Source of the DNA: Planctomycetota bacterium
Lineage (GTDB): Bacteria; Planctomycetota; UBA1135; GCA-002686595
DNA: 64,000 bases
Reading direction: 5' to 3'
Assembly: GCA_016709875.1 (NCBI GenBank)
Contig: JADJLZ010000009.1
Location: 218,824 to 282,823, forward strand
Part shown: in pieces, positions 17,513 through 27,791 of the stretch
How the letters are laid out: every line of letters starts with the position of its first letter
How positions within the stretch are numbered: the stretch's first letter is position 1
Notes under the pieces: model-generated
What the model saw: only the letters and a program-made list of their open reading frames with translations
Told to the model about the DNA's origin: nothing
Databases searched by the model: none
Made by a program: the position numbers and the translations under genes

Positions 17513-20208
17513 GGCGCATCCTCTTGCCGTCTCGCCGGGGGCGGCGGCACTTTCGTGACGGGCAGGCGCATACGGAACGTCGCGCCCCCGCCGAGCCGGT
17601 TCTCGGCCACCACGCTGCCGCCGTGCGCCCGCAGGATCGCGCGGCAGACCGAGAGCCCCAGGCCCGAGCCGCCGGCACGCTTGCCGTCCGGCAGGCGCAC
17701 GAACTTCTCGAAGATGCGCTGCTCCTCGCCGGGCGGGATGCCGGGCCCGCGGTCGGAGACCTCGATCAGGACTTCGCCCGGGCCGCCGCTCGAGCGCAGT
17801 TCGATCGGCGAACCGCTCGGGCTGTACTTGAGCGCGTTCTCGACCAAGTGCACCAGCGCCTGCTCGATCAGCACGGGATCCACGTGCGCCTGCAGGATCT
17901 CGCGCGGCAGTTCGAGCTCGAGCTTGCGGCCTGCGAGGCGTTCGTGAAGCCGGTCGAGCGCGCCGTGGACGAGTTCCTCGACCGGGCACCACTCGCGCCG
18001 CGGCTGCAGCGCGCCCGAGTCCAGGCGCGTCAGATCGAGCAGGTTCGAGACGAGTTCGGAGAGGCGCTGGCTCTCCGACTGGATCGTCTCCAGGAGCTCG
18101 TTCTGCTCGATCCGGCCGATTCCCGCGCCACCCGCGAGCAGCACGCCGGCCGAGCCAGCGATGGAAGCGAGCGGCGTGCGCAGGTCGTGCGAGACGCTCG
18201 AGAGCAGGTCGGTGCGCAGGCGCTCGGTCTCGACGGCGCGGCGCGCCTCGTCGGCCTCGGCACGCAGGCGCACCCGCTCGAGCGCGAGCGCAGCCTGCGC
18301 GACGAAGGTGTCGAGCATCTGGTGATCCGAGGGCCGCAACTCGCGTCCGAGCGCGCCGAGCATCACGCCCATGACTGCGATGGTGCCGCGCGGCACGCTC
18401 ATCGGCAGGTAGAGAGCCCTGGCTGCCGGCAGCGTGTCCGTGCCGAAACCGGCGCGCTTGTCGTTTTCGAACACCCAGCGCGCGACGGCAACCTCGCGCT
18501 CGTCCTCGGCCTGCCAGCCCTCGGTGCTGGCGGTCGCGCGCAGGCCACCGCCGGGCTCGGGCAGGAACAGACAGGCCTCGGCCAGCAGCAGGTCGCGGAC
18601 GCGCTCGACGCTCGACTGCGCGATCGCGGACGGATCGTCCTCGACCGCGAAGGCGCGCGTCATGGCATACAGCGCCGCCGTGCGCCGTTCGCGCTCCTGC
18701 GAGGCCGCGGCCTGTTCGCGGATGACCACGGTGCGCTGACTGGCGATGAAGCCCACGACCAGCATCACGGCGAAGGTCAGGACATGGTGCAGGTCGCTGA
18801 CGGCGAAGGTGTAGTACGGCGGGATGAAGAAGAAGTCGAAGCTCGCGACGCTGGCCAGCGTGGCAACGAAAGCCGGCCCGCGACCGGCGATGCTGGCCGA
18901 GATCAGCAGCGCCAGCAGGTTGATCATCGCGTGGTCTGCGATGTTGAGCGATTCGCGCGTGGCCATGCCGACCAGCACGGCCAGCGCCACGGGCACGAGC
19001 GCCAGCGGGTACTCGCGCAGCGGCGTCGCCAGCGGCGTGCGCGGCGCGAGCTTCTGCGCCAGGTCGTCCTGGATCCCGGGCGTGACGAGCACCTCGAGAT
19101 CCTCGGCGCGACGCACGAGTTCGTCCGCGAGCGACGCAAAGAGCGCCGCGAGCGGGCCGCGCCGGCGCGATCTGCCCACCACGACACGCGTCACGCCGCG
19201 ATCGCGAGCCACATGCAGGATCTGCTCCGCCGCTCGCTCGCTGCCCACCACCAGGCTCTCGCCGCCGAGCTGGCGCGCGAGCTCGAGCAGTTCCGAGACC
19301 TCGCCGCGCGCTTCGTCCGAAAGTCGCTCGATGCGCTCGGACTCGGGCACGAGCGCGATCCACGGCGCGCGCAGCTCGACGGCCAGGCGCCGGCCGGCGC
19401 GCAGCACATCCAGCGCCCGCGCGCCGGGCTGAAGCACGATCAGGATGCGCTCGCGCGCTCCGGCGCCGGGCCGACGGCCCTGCGCGCGGCGGTACTCGGT
19501 GGCCTGCTGGTCCACGCGCTCGGCGGTCTTGCGCAGGGCCAGCTCGCGCAGCGCGATCAGGTTCTCCTTGCGGAAAAAGCTCTGCAGTGCGCGCTCGGCC
19601 TGGGCCGGCACGTAGACCTTGCCCTCGGTCAGGCGCGCGAGCAGCTCGTCGGGCGGCAGGTCGACGAGCTCGATCGCGTCGGCGCGCTCGAGAATCGAGT
19701 CGGGCACGGTCTCCCGCACACGCACGCCGGTCAGGCGCTCGACCACGTCGTTGAGGCTCTCGACGTGCTGCACGTTGAGCGTGGTGTAGACCTCGATACC
19801 CGCGTCGAGCAGCTCCTCCACGTCCTGCCAGCGCTTGGCGTGCCGCAACCCGGGCGCATTGGTGTGCGCCAGCTCGTCGAGCAGCAGCAGGCCGGGCTTG
19901 CGCGCCAGCGCCGCGTCGAGATCGAACTCCTCGAGCACGATGCCACGATGCTCGACGCGCTTCGGCGGCAGCTGCACCAGCCCCTGCGCCAGGTGCTCGG
20001 TTTCCGCGCGGCCGTGCGTCAGCACCACGCCCACGAGCACGTCCGTCCCGCGCGCTGCACGCGTGCGCGCTTCCTCGAGCATCGCGTAGGTTTTCCCCAC
20101 GCCGGGCGCCATGCCGAAGAAGAGCTTGAGCCGGCCGCGCGTCGCCTGGGCCTTCTCGCGCGCAATGCGCGCGAGCAGTTCCTCGGGGCTCGGACGCGTG
20201 TCGCTCAT
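17509..20208 (-). CDS. kdpD: Sensor histidine kinase KdpD
   Basis: 899 aa. N-terminal KdpD domain (LKLFFGMAPGVGKTYAML), USP-like region, four TM helices, HisKA (SHDLRTPL) and HATPase domains. Confidence 0.9.
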   Translation of the reverse strand: MSDTRPSPEELLARIAREKAQATRGRLKLFFGMAPGVGKTYAMLEEARTRAARGTDVLVGVVLTHGRAETEHLAQGLVQLPPKRVEHRGIVLEEFDLDAALARKPGLLLLDELAHTNAPGLRHAKRWQDVEELLDAGIEVYTTLNVQHVESLNDVVERLTGVRVRETVPDSILERADAIELVDLPPDELLARLTEGKVYVPAQAERALQSFFRKENLIALRELALRKTAERVDQQATEYRRAQGRRPGAGARERILIVLQPGARALDVLRAGRRLAVELRAPWIALVPESERIERLSDEARGEVSELLELARQLGGESLVVGSERAAEQILHVARDRGVTRVVVGRSRRRGPLAALFASLADELVRRAEDLEVLVTPGIQDDLAQKLAPRTPLATPLREYPLALVPVALAVLVGMATRESLNIADHAMINLLALLISASIAGRGPAFVATLASVASFDFFFIPPYYTFAVSDLHHVLTFAVMLVVGFIASQRTVVIREQAAASQERERRTAALYAMTRAFAVEDDPSAIAQSSVERVRDLLLAEACLFLPEPGGGLRATASTEGWQAEDEREVAVARWVFENDKRAGFGTDTLPAARALYLPMSVPRGTIAVMGVMLGALGRELRPSDHQMLDTFVAQAALALERVRLRAEADEARRAVETERLRTDLLSSVSHDLRTPLASIAGSAGVLLAGGAGIGRIEQNELLETIQSESQRLSELVSNLLDLTRLDSGALQPRREWCPVEELVHGALDRLHERLAGRKLELELPREILQAHVDPVLIEQALVHLVENALKYSPSGSPIELRSSGGPGEVLIEVSDRGPGIPPGEEQRIFEKFVRLPDGKRAGGSGLGLSVCRAILRAHGGSVVAENRLGGGATFRMRLPVTKVPPPPARRQEDAP

Positions 20209-20768
20209 GCGGACGGCGCGCAGCCTAGCAGGTGTTGCGATCGCGCTCCAGCCCGGCCAGCGCGTGCCGCGCGCGGATCAGCGCCGACGATGGCGCGAGC
20301 CGATCCGTGCACGGCCGTGCTGTGACAGCCAGAGCACGCTCGCGTAGATGGCGATCGGGATGCCGGAGATGAGAAAGTCGATCCGCATGTGTCCTCCAGG
20401 CCCAGCTGCACGATGCGGACGCGTTTACGAGCTGCCAGGACTCGGCCCGCGAGCATCCATTCTCCGCTAGAGCGCAGCGCACACGCAGTGCGTGAGCTCC
20501 GAGCGCAGGGCCCACTCGATCCGGTGCTTCGGCGCGTGTTCGGCTCGCGCCGGTTGCCGCGCGCCCACAAGGCCGCGAGCAAGACTTTTCCTGCGCATTC
20601 ACGCACAACCCGCTCGTTTTAGCAGCTCATTAACGCGCGCAGACCCTAGCCTCTGCGGCATGTTCCTCGAGCCCTTCTGCCTGGCGAGTGCGCTCGCCTT
20701 CTTCACCTTCCTCGGCTGGATCGTCGGCCGCATCGCGGACCACCCGCCGGAAGGACAGCGGTGATCCC

Positions 20769-20861
20769 ATGACCATCGTGCACTGGATCGCCGCCCTCGT
20801 GACCTTGGCCCTCTTCGTCTACCTCTTCGTCGCGCTCTTCAAACCCGAGAGCTTCGACTGA
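20769..20861 (+). CDS. kdpF: K+-transporting ATPase subunit F
   Basis: 30-aa hydrophobic peptide MTIVHWIAALVTLALFVYLFVALFKPESFD, 12 nt upstream of kdpA. Confidence 0.6.
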   Translation: MTIVHWIAALVTLALFVYLFVALFKPESFD

Positions 20862-20873
20862 GCGGAATCCGCC

Positions 20874-22580
20874 ATGAGCTGGCTGCAAATCCTCTTCTAT
20901 CTGGTCGTACTCGTCGTGCTGGCCAAGCCGCTGGGCGGATTCATGGCGCGCATCTACGAGGGCGAGATGCCGGCCTGCGCGCGCTGGCTCGCCCCGCTCG
21001 AGCGCGCGATCTACCGCTTCTGCGGCCTGCGCGCCGACCAGGAACAGGGCTGGAAGTCCTATGCCGGCGCGATGCTGGCGTTCAACCTGCTTGGGCTGCT
21101 CGCCGTCTACGCGCTGCAGCGTCTGCAAGGCTTCCTGCCGCTCAACCCGGCGCACATGGCCGCGGTCTCGCCTGACTCGTCGTTCAACACCGCGGTCAGC
21201 TTCGCGACGAACACCAATTGGCAGGGCTACGGCGGCGAGACCACGATGAGCCACCTGACGCAGATGCTCGGTCTCTCCGTGCAGAACTTCGTCTCGGCCG
21301 CTTCGGGCATGGCGGTGCTGGTAGCCCTGGCGCGCGGATTCACGCGCAAGTCGAGCTCGACGATCGGCAGCTTCTGGGTCGACCTCGTGCGCTCGACGGT
21401 CTACATCCTGCTGCCCCTGTCGATCGTGCTGGCGCTCGTGCTCGTCTCGCAGGGCGTCGTGCAGAACTTCGCGGCACCGGTCGTGGCGCACACTCTGCAG
21501 GGCGCCGAGCAGTCGATCTCGATGGGGCCGGCGGCCTCGCAGATCGCGATCAAGCAGCTGGGCACGAACGGCGGCGGTTTCTTCAACGTGAACTCCGCGC
21601 ACCCGCTCGAGAACCCGACGGCCTTCTCGAACCTGCTCGAGATGCTCTCGATCCTGCTGATCTCCGCCGGCTTGTGCTTCACCTTCGGCAGGCTCGTCAA
21701 GGACAAGCGCCAGGGCTTGGCGCTGCTCGCCAGCATGCTGATCGTGCTCGCACCCTGCATCGTGATGGTCCAGCTCTTCGAGCAGGCGGGAACGCATGCG
21801 CAGCAGCTGGCGGGTGTCGAGCTCTCGGCCGCTGCAGACCAGCCCGGCGGCAACATGGAGGGCAAGGAGCTGCGCTTGGGTATCGCCAACTCGGCCATCT
21901 GGTCGGTAGCGACCACGGCCGCCTCGAACGGCTCGGTCAACGCGATGCACGACTCGTTCACGCCGCTGGGCGGCCTCTGGCCAATGTGGCTGATCCAACT
22001 CGGCGAGGTGATCTTCGGCGGCGTCGGATCGGGCCTGTATGGCCTGCTGTTGTTCGCGATCGTGGCCGTCTTCGTCGCGGGGTTGATGGTCGGACGCACG
22101 CCCGAGTACCTGGGCAAGAAGATCGGCGCGTTCGAGATGCAGTGGGCCTCGTTCGCGATCCTCGCGCCGTGCGTGGCGGTGCTGTTCGGCACGGCGGTCG
22201 CGGTGCTGCTCGATGCGGGCCGCGCCGGCGTCGCCAACCCGGGCGCGCACGGGTTCAGCGAGATCCTCTATGCCTTCAGCTCGGCCGGAAACAACAACGG
22301 CAGCGCCTTCGCCGGTCTTTCGGCCAACACGCCCTTCTTCAACATCGCGCTGGGCTTCGCGATGCTCGTCGGGCGCTATCTGGTCATGCTGCCCGTGCTG
22401 GCGATCGCCGGCGCGCTGGCCGCGAAGAAACTCGTGCCCGCCGGACCGGGCACGCTGCCGACGCACGGCCTGCTGTTCGTCCTGCTGCTCGTCTCGACCG
22501 TGCTGCTCGTCGGGGCCCTGACCTTCATCCCCGCGCTGGCCCTGGGTCCGATCGTCGAACAGCTGCAGATGCTGCACTGA
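20874..22580 (+). CDS. kdpA: Potassium-transporting ATPase subunit A
   Basis: [31 protein letters not shown]... Full-length KdpA (568 aa). Confidence 0.9.
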   Translation: MSWLQILFYLVVLVVLAKPLGGFMARIYEGEMPACARWLAPLERAIYRFCGLRADQEQGWKSYAGAMLAFNLLGLLAVYALQRLQGFLPLNPAHMAAVSPDSSFNTAVSFATNTNWQGYGGETTMSHLTQMLGLSVQNFVSAASGMAVLVALARGFTRKSSSTIGSFWVDLVRSTVYILLPLSIVLALVLVSQGVVQNFAAPVVAHTLQGAEQSISMGPAASQIAIKQLGTNGGGFFNVNSAHPLENPTAFSNLLEMLSILLISAGLCFTFGRLVKDKRQGLALLASMLIVLAPCIVMVQLFEQAGTHAQQLAGVELSAAADQPGGNMEGKELRLGIANSAIWSVATTAASNGSVNAMHDSFTPLGGLWPMWLIQLGEVIFGGVGSGLYGLLLFAIVAVFVAGLMVGRTPEYLGKKIGAFEMQWASFAILAPCVAVLFGTAVAVLLDAGRAGVANPGAHGFSEILYAFSSAGNNNGSAFAGLSANTPFFNIALGFAMLVGRYLVMLPVLAIAGALAAKKLVPAGPGTLPTHGLLFVLLLVSTVLLVGALTFIPALALGPIVEQLQMLH

Positions 22581-22587
22581 GAGCGCC

Positions 22588-24648
22588 ATGTACAAGAAGA
22601 ACCTCTTCGATCCCGCGATCACGCGCCGCGCCGTGCGCGACAGCTTCCGCAAGCTCGATCCCCGGCTGCAGATCCGCAACCCCGTGATGTTCGTCGTCTG
22701 GGTCTGCGCCGTGTTCACCAGCGCGCTCGCGCTGCAGGCGCTGCTCGGTCACGGCGAAGCGCCCTTCGGCTTCATCCTGGCGGTCTCGCTCTGGCTCTGG
22801 ATCACACTGCTCTTCGCCAACTTCGCCGAGGCCCTGGCCGAGGGGCGCGGCAAGGCGCAGGCGGAATCGCTGCGCAAGACGCGCCGGGACGTGCAGGCCA
22901 AGCGCCTGCTCAACGCGAAGGACCGCACCCGTCACGAGAGCGTTTCCGCGCCGAGCCTGCGCAAGGGCGAAGTCGTGCTGGTCGAGGCCGGCGATGTGGT
23001 TCCTTGCGACGGCGAGGTGCTCGAGGGCGTCGCCTCGGTGGACGAGAGCGCGATCACCGGCGAGAGCGCGCCGGTGATCCGCGAGTCGGGCGGCGACCGC
23101 AGCGCCGTCACGGGCGGCACGCGCGTGCTCTCGGACTGGCTGGTGGTGCGCGTCGCCGCGAACCCGGGCGAGGCCTTCCTCGACCGCATGATCGCGCTGG
23201 TCGAGGGCAGCAAGCGCCAGAAGACGCCCAACGAGATCGCGCTCGGGATCCTGCTCGCGGCGTTGACGATCGTGTTCCTGCTCGCGACCGCGACACTGCT
23301 GCCCTTCTCGGCCTTCGCCGTGCACGCCAGCGGGCAGGGCCAGACCGTCACGGTCACGGTGCTCGTGGCCCTGCTGGTGTGCCTGATCCCGACCACGATC
23401 GGCGGATTGCTCTCGGCCATCGGCATCGCCGGGATGGATCGCATGATCCAGGCCAATGTGATCGCCAATTCGGGTCGCGCGGTCGAGGCCGCGGGCGACG
23501 TCGACGTGCTGCTGCTCGACAAGACCGGCACGATCACGCTCGGCAACCGCCAGGCAGTCGAGTTCCTGGCCGCGCCTGGCGTCACGCCGGAAGAACTGGC
23601 CGATGCGGCGCAGCTCTCCTCGCTGGCCGATGAGACACCCGAGGGACGCAGCATCGTGGTCCTGGCCAAGGAACGCCACGGTTTGCGCGAACGCCGAATC
23701 CAGGAGATCGGCGCGGTCTTCGTACCGTTCACCGCTCAGACGCGCATGAGCGGCGTCGATTTCGAGGGCCGCCAGATCCGCAAGGGCGCCGACGACGCGA
23801 TCGCGGCCTGGATCGCGTCGCGCCGCGGCAGCCTCGCGCCCGAAGTGCGCGCGCAGGTCGAACGGATCGCTCGCGGAGGCGGCACACCGCTGCTCGTGGC
23901 CGAGGGCGACCGCGTCCTGGGCGTGATCCACCTGAAGGACGTGGTGAAGGGCGGCATCCGCGAGCGCTTCGGCGAATTGCGGCGGATGGGAATCCGCACG
24001 ATCATGATCACCGGCGACAACTCGCTCACCGCCGCCTCGATCGCCGCCGAGGCCGGCGTGGACGACTTCCTCGCGCAGGCGACGCCCGAGGCCAAGCTGG
24101 CCCTGATCCGCGAGCACCAGTCGCAGGGCCACCTGGTCGCGATGGCGGGCGACGGCACCAACGACGCACCCGCGCTGGCACAGGCGGACGTCGCCGTAGC
24201 GATGAACAGCGGCACGCAGGCCGCCAAGGAAGCCGGCAACCTGATCGACCTGGACTCGAATCCGACCAAGCTGATCGAGATCGTCGAGATCGGCAAGCAG
24301 ATGCTGATGACGCGCGGCTCGCTGACCACGTTCAGCATCGCCAACGACGTGGCCAAGTACTTCGCCATCATCCCGGCTGCGTTCGCGCTGACCTACCCCG
24401 AGCTGAAGTCGCTCGACGTGATGCACCTTGCTACGCCCGCCTCCGCGATCCTCTCCGCGGTGATCTTCAATGCGCTGATCATCGTCTTCCTGATCCCGCT
24501 GGCGCTGCGCGGGGTCGCCTACCGGCCGATCGGGGCGGCGGCGCTGCTGCGCCGGAACCTGCTGGTCTACGGTCTGGGCGGCCTGGTCGTGCCCTTCGCG
24601 GGCATCAAGCTGATCGATCTCGCGCTTTCCAGCCTGGGCCTCGCATGA
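22588..24648 (+). CDS. kdpB: Potassium-transporting ATPase subunit B (P-type ATPase)
   Basis: [10 protein letters not shown] phosphorylation motif and [15 protein letters not shown]. 686 aa. Confidence 0.9.
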   Translation: MYKKNLFDPAITRRAVRDSFRKLDPRLQIRNPVMFVVWVCAVFTSALALQALLGHGEAPFGFILAVSLWLWITLLFANFAEALAEGRGKAQAESLRKTRRDVQAKRLLNAKDRTRHESVSAPSLRKGEVVLVEAGDVVPCDGEVLEGVASVDESAITGESAPVIRESGGDRSAVTGGTRVLSDWLVVRVAANPGEAFLDRMIALVEGSKRQKTPNEIALGILLAALTIVFLLATATLLPFSAFAVHASGQGQTVTVTVLVALLVCLIPTTIGGLLSAIGIAGMDRMIQANVIANSGRAVEAAGDVDVLLLDKTGTITLGNRQAVEFLAAPGVTPEELADAAQLSSLADETPEGRSIVVLAKERHGLRERRIQEIGAVFVPFTAQTRMSGVDFEGRQIRKGADDAIAAWIASRRGSLAPEVRAQVERIARGGGTPLLVAEGDRVLGVIHLKDVVKGGIRERFGELRRMGIRTIMITGDNSLTAASIAAEAGVDDFLAQATPEAKLALIREHQSQGHLVAMAGDGTNDAPALAQADVAVAMNSGTQAAKEAGNLIDLDSNPTKLIEIVEIGKQMLMTRGSLTTFSIANDVAKYFAIIPAAFALTYPELKSLDVMHLATPASAILSAVIFNALIIVFLIPLALRGVAYRPIGAAALLRRNLLVYGLGGLVVPFAGIKLIDLALSSLGLA

Positions 24649-25220
24649 AGGAGTCCTCCATGTTCAAGCAACTCAACGTCGCCGCGCGCATGCTGCTCGT
24701 GCTGAGCCTCCTGACCGGCGTGCTCTACCCGCTGCTCGTGACCGTGCTGGCCCAGTTGTGCTTCCACTCGCAGGCGAACGGCAGCCTGATCGTCGAGGGT
24801 GAGGTGCTGCGCGGCTCACAGCTCGTCGGCCAGTTCTTCGACGATTCGAAGTTCTTCTGGGGCCGGCTCTCGGCCACGACCCCGCCCTACAACGCCTCGG
24901 CCTCGAGCGGCTCCAACCTCGGGCCGACGAATCCGGAGCTCTCCCGGATCCTGAAGGAGCGCATCGACCGGCTGCGCGCGTTGCCCGGCGGCGACGCGCC
25001 GATCCCGGTCGATCTCGTGACGGCCTCCGCCAGCGGGCTGGACCCCGACATCAGCCCGGCCGCGGCGCGCTTCCAGATCGCGCGCGTGGCGGCGGCGCGC
25101 GGCTTGCCACCCGAGCGCGTGCACGCCCTCGTGGAGCAGCACGTCGAGGGCCGTTGCCTGGGATTCCTCGGAGAACCGCGCGTCAACGTCTTGGAGCTGA
25201 ATCGTGCGTTGGTACGCTAG
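24645..25220 (+). CDS. kdpC: Potassium-transporting ATPase subunit C
   Basis: ATGA overlap with kdpB. 191 aa. ...[21 protein letters not shown]... typical KdpC C-terminus. Confidence 0.85.
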   Translation: MKESSMFKQLNVAARMLLVLSLLTGVLYPLLVTVLAQLCFHSQANGSLIVEGEVLRGSQLVGQFFDDSKFFWGRLSATTPPYNASASSGSNLGPTNPELSRILKERIDRLRALPGGDAPIPVDLVTASASGLDPDISPAAARFQIARVAAARGLPPERVHALVEQHVEGRCLGFLGEPRVNVLELNRALVR

Positions 25221-25229
25221 CAGCTCGCG

Positions 25230-25949
25230 ATGCTCCTCCCCTTCCTCCTCGCGCTCGGTGGCGAAACGGCGATCAGCGGCGACCGGTCGGGCCTGCTCGT
25301 CAGCTCGACGCTGGTTCCCACGGGGCTGACGCAGCTCGAGACCGGCCTCTCCTACGACAGCCTGGGCGGCGTCTGGTCGACGCCGACGAGCCTGCGCTAC
25401 GGGCTGTGCGACGACCTCGAGCTGCGCGCGTCGACCACGGGCTGGAACCATCTCGAAGACGCCGGCGATCAGGGCTTCGGGCCGTTGACGCTGGGCGTCA
25501 AGGGGCCGATCGATCTCAGCTTCGCCGATCTGGACCTCAGCTGGGCCGACTCGGCCGCGTGGGTCGCGGAAGTGGAGCTGCCGGGCGGCACGCTCGACGG
25601 CGCGCCGCATTCGCTCTCGCCCTCGGCGACCGCGGTCGTGAGCTGGACGCCGGACGGCGGCATGTGGCAGGTGAGCAGCCTGCTCGGTGTCGCGTACCAG
25701 TCCGACGCGGAGTCGATCCACGTCAACATGGCGGCGAGCGCATCGCGTCCGTTGTGGGACACGGGCAGCGTCTTCTTCGAGGCCGGCTGGTTCCCGCGCT
25801 CCTTGCTCGAACCCGACCCGCTGTACGTCGGCGGCGGCTTGATCCTGCTCCCGAACACGGACGTGCAACTCGACCTGGGCTTCGACCTCGGACTGGGCGA
25901 GACCAGCGGCGAGTGGCTCGCCGGCCTGGGCGTGGCGTGGCGCTGGTGA
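25230..25949 (+). CDS. Outer-membrane beta-barrel protein (MetA-pathway/'transporter'-family-like)
   Basis: Starts 9 nt after kdpC. ...QLETGLSYDS... Alternating amphipathic strands. C-terminal ...GLGVAWRW ends in an aromatic residue, as in OM beta-barrels. Confidence 0.5.
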   Translation: MLLPFLLALGGETAISGDRSGLLVSSTLVPTGLTQLETGLSYDSLGGVWSTPTSLRYGLCDDLELRASTTGWNHLEDAGDQGFGPLTLGVKGPIDLSFADLDLSWADSAAWVAEVELPGGTLDGAPHSLSPSATAVVSWTPDGGMWQVSSLLGVAYQSDAESIHVNMAASASRPLWDTGSVFFEAGWFPRSLLEPDPLYVGGGLILLPNTDVQLDLGFDLGLGETSGEWLAGLGVAWRW

Positions 25950-25976
25950 GCGATCCGGGCTAGCCTCGTACGAGGC

Positions 25977-27764
25977 ATGCGATTCCTTCCCCTCGCCTTG
26001 GCGGCGCTGCTCCTTGCGGGTGCACTGCGCGCGCAGAGTCCGCTCGCATCCATCAACGGACCGGCGAACAGCACGCTCGGCAGCGCCGTGGGTTCGATCG
26101 CCGACCTCAACGGTGACGGCGTGCGCGAGGTCGTCGTCGGGATGCCCAGCATGAGCACCGCGAGCGGCGGCTTCAGCGGACAAGTGCGCGTGTACTCCGG
26201 CGCCTACCTGCTGCACGGAACGCAGCCGGACATCTTGTTCCAGTGGAACGGCGCGCTCGGCGCCGCCGTCGGGCTGGGGAACGCGCTCGCCGCCGGCGTC
26301 GACGTCGATGGTGACGGTGTGCAGGACGTGCTCGCCGGCGCGACCGGCGACGACCAGGGCGGTCTCGCCCCGGACTCGGGCAGCGTCAACGTGTTCTCCG
26401 GAGCGAGCGGCGCGCTGCTCGCCACCTTCTACAGCACACCGCACAAGGGCCTGGGCATCTCGGTCGCGTTCGTGGGCGACGTCAACGGCGACGGCTACGA
26501 GGACGTCGGCGGCGGGCAGAACCCGTTCACCGTCGGCCCGACGGCGCCGGGCAACGCCTTCGTCTGGTCGGGCGAGTGGATCGCGCGCACCGCCGCGGGA
26601 CAGACACCGCTCTCGCCGATGCTGCTCTGGTCGCGCGCCGGCCACGCGAACGGCGACCGTTTCGGGCGCGCGCTGTGCGCTTTCGGCGATCTGGACTTCG
26701 ATGGCCACGCCGATTTCGCCGTCGGTGCGCGCCAAGGCGGTGCCAACGCAGGCGGCTACGTCGAGTTCTACTCGGGAGCCACGGGGAACGCGCTCTTCTC
26801 GATCGACGGGCCGCTGGCCTCGAGCTTCTTCGGCACCGCCCTCGCCACCGCGGGCGACGTCGACGGGGACGGATGGGACGATCTCGCGATCGGGGCTCCC
26901 GGCTTCGATCCGCCCGGCACGCCGATCAACACGAACGTCGGTGCGGTGTACGTGCTCTCGGGCGAGTGGGCTTCCGCCACCGCGCGCGGGCTCGTGCCGC
27001 AGACACCCCAGTTCGTGCTCACGGTCCAGGGCCCGAATGCGGGCGATGGGCTGGGCCAGTCGATCGCGTCGCTGGGAGATCTCGACTTCGACGGCCGGGC
27101 GGAGCTCGCGCTCGGCGGTCCACAGTATTCGAGCGGTCCGGTCAGCGGTCCTGGCTTCGTCGAACTCGTCTCCGGCGCGTCCGGCCAGGTGCTCTGGCGC
27201 AGCTACGGCGCCGTCCTCGGCGACAGTTACGGCCAGGCGCTCGCGGCCGCGGGCGACCTCGACGGCGACGGCGTGCCCGATCTGGTCGTCGGCGCTCCGC
27301 AGATCGCGGTCAGTGGCAACCTCGAGGGTCGCCTGCGCGTGCTCTCCGGCTTCGACCTCGTCGGCACGACTTTCTGCAGCGCGGTCCCCGACTCGAGCGG
27401 CCTCCCCGCCGCAATCGGAGGCCACGGAACTTCGTCGGTCAGCGCGAACGGCTTGCTGCTCAGCACCGAGAACGTCCCGCCGCACGCGACGGGTGTGTTC
27501 CTGATCGGCAGCGGCACGACCCCGCTGCCCGCGGGCAATGGAGTCCTCTGCATCGGCGGCGCCGCCGTGCACCGCCTGGGAGTGGTCTCCGCCGACGCGA
27601 GCGGCAGGCTCGTGCTGCCGCTCGATCTGCTGCACCTCCCGCCCTCGGTGCCCGCGATCCTGCCCGGCGCGGACTGGAACTTCGAGGCCTGGTTCCGCGA
27701 CACGCCGGCGGGCGGCGCGGGCTTCAACTTCTCGAACGCGCTCGACGTGCACTTCCGGCCCTGA
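25977..27764 (+). CDS. Secreted FG-GAP/VCBS-repeat (integrin-alpha-like beta-propeller) protein
   Basis: Signal peptide MRFLPLALAALLLAGALRA. Multiple GDxNGDGxxDxxVGAP repeats (DLNGDGVREVVVGMP, DVNGDGYEDVGGG, DLDGDGVPDLVVGAP). Confidence 0.65.
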   Translation: MRFLPLALAALLLAGALRAQSPLASINGPANSTLGSAVGSIADLNGDGVREVVVGMPSMSTASGGFSGQVRVYSGAYLLHGTQPDILFQWNGALGAAVGLGNALAAGVDVDGDGVQDVLAGATGDDQGGLAPDSGSVNVFSGASGALLATFYSTPHKGLGISVAFVGDVNGDGYEDVGGGQNPFTVGPTAPGNAFVWSGEWIARTAAGQTPLSPMLLWSRAGHANGDRFGRALCAFGDLDFDGHADFAVGARQGGANAGGYVEFYSGATGNALFSIDGPLASSFFGTALATAGDVDGDGWDDLAIGAPGFDPPGTPINTNVGAVYVLSGEWASATARGLVPQTPQFVLTVQGPNAGDGLGQSIASLGDLDFDGRAELALGGPQYSSGPVSGPGFVELVSGASGQVLWRSYGAVLGDSYGQALAAAGDLDGDGVPDLVVGAPQIAVSGNLEGRLRVLSGFDLVGTTFCSAVPDSSGLPAAIGGHGTSSVSANGLLLSTENVPPHATGVFLIGSGTTPLPAGNGVLCIGGAAVHRLGVVSADASGRLVLPLDLLHLPPSVPAILPGADWNFEAWFRDTPAGGAGFNFSNALDVHFRP

Positions 27765-27791
27765 GGCGCGCGCGCGTACACTCTGCGCCGC

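Noticed and set aside
16775-19363. 862-aa minus-strand ORF
   Set aside because: Only the 3' 246 codons are KdpE, which uses the GTG start at 17512. The upstream part is an alternative frame across kdpD and is not coding.
20278-20387. 36-codon minus-strand ORF (MRIDFLISGIPIAIYASVLWL...) with a GGAGGA RBS in the kdpD/kdpF intergenic region
   Set aside because: Too short to support without conservation data. It may be a real small membrane protein, but it is not called.
20660-20764. 34-codon hydrophobic ORF (MFLEPFCLASALAFFTFLGWIVGR...) 4 nt upstream of kdpF
   Set aside because: No convincing RBS and no homology I can recall. Kept as a note under the kdp finding rather than called as a gene.
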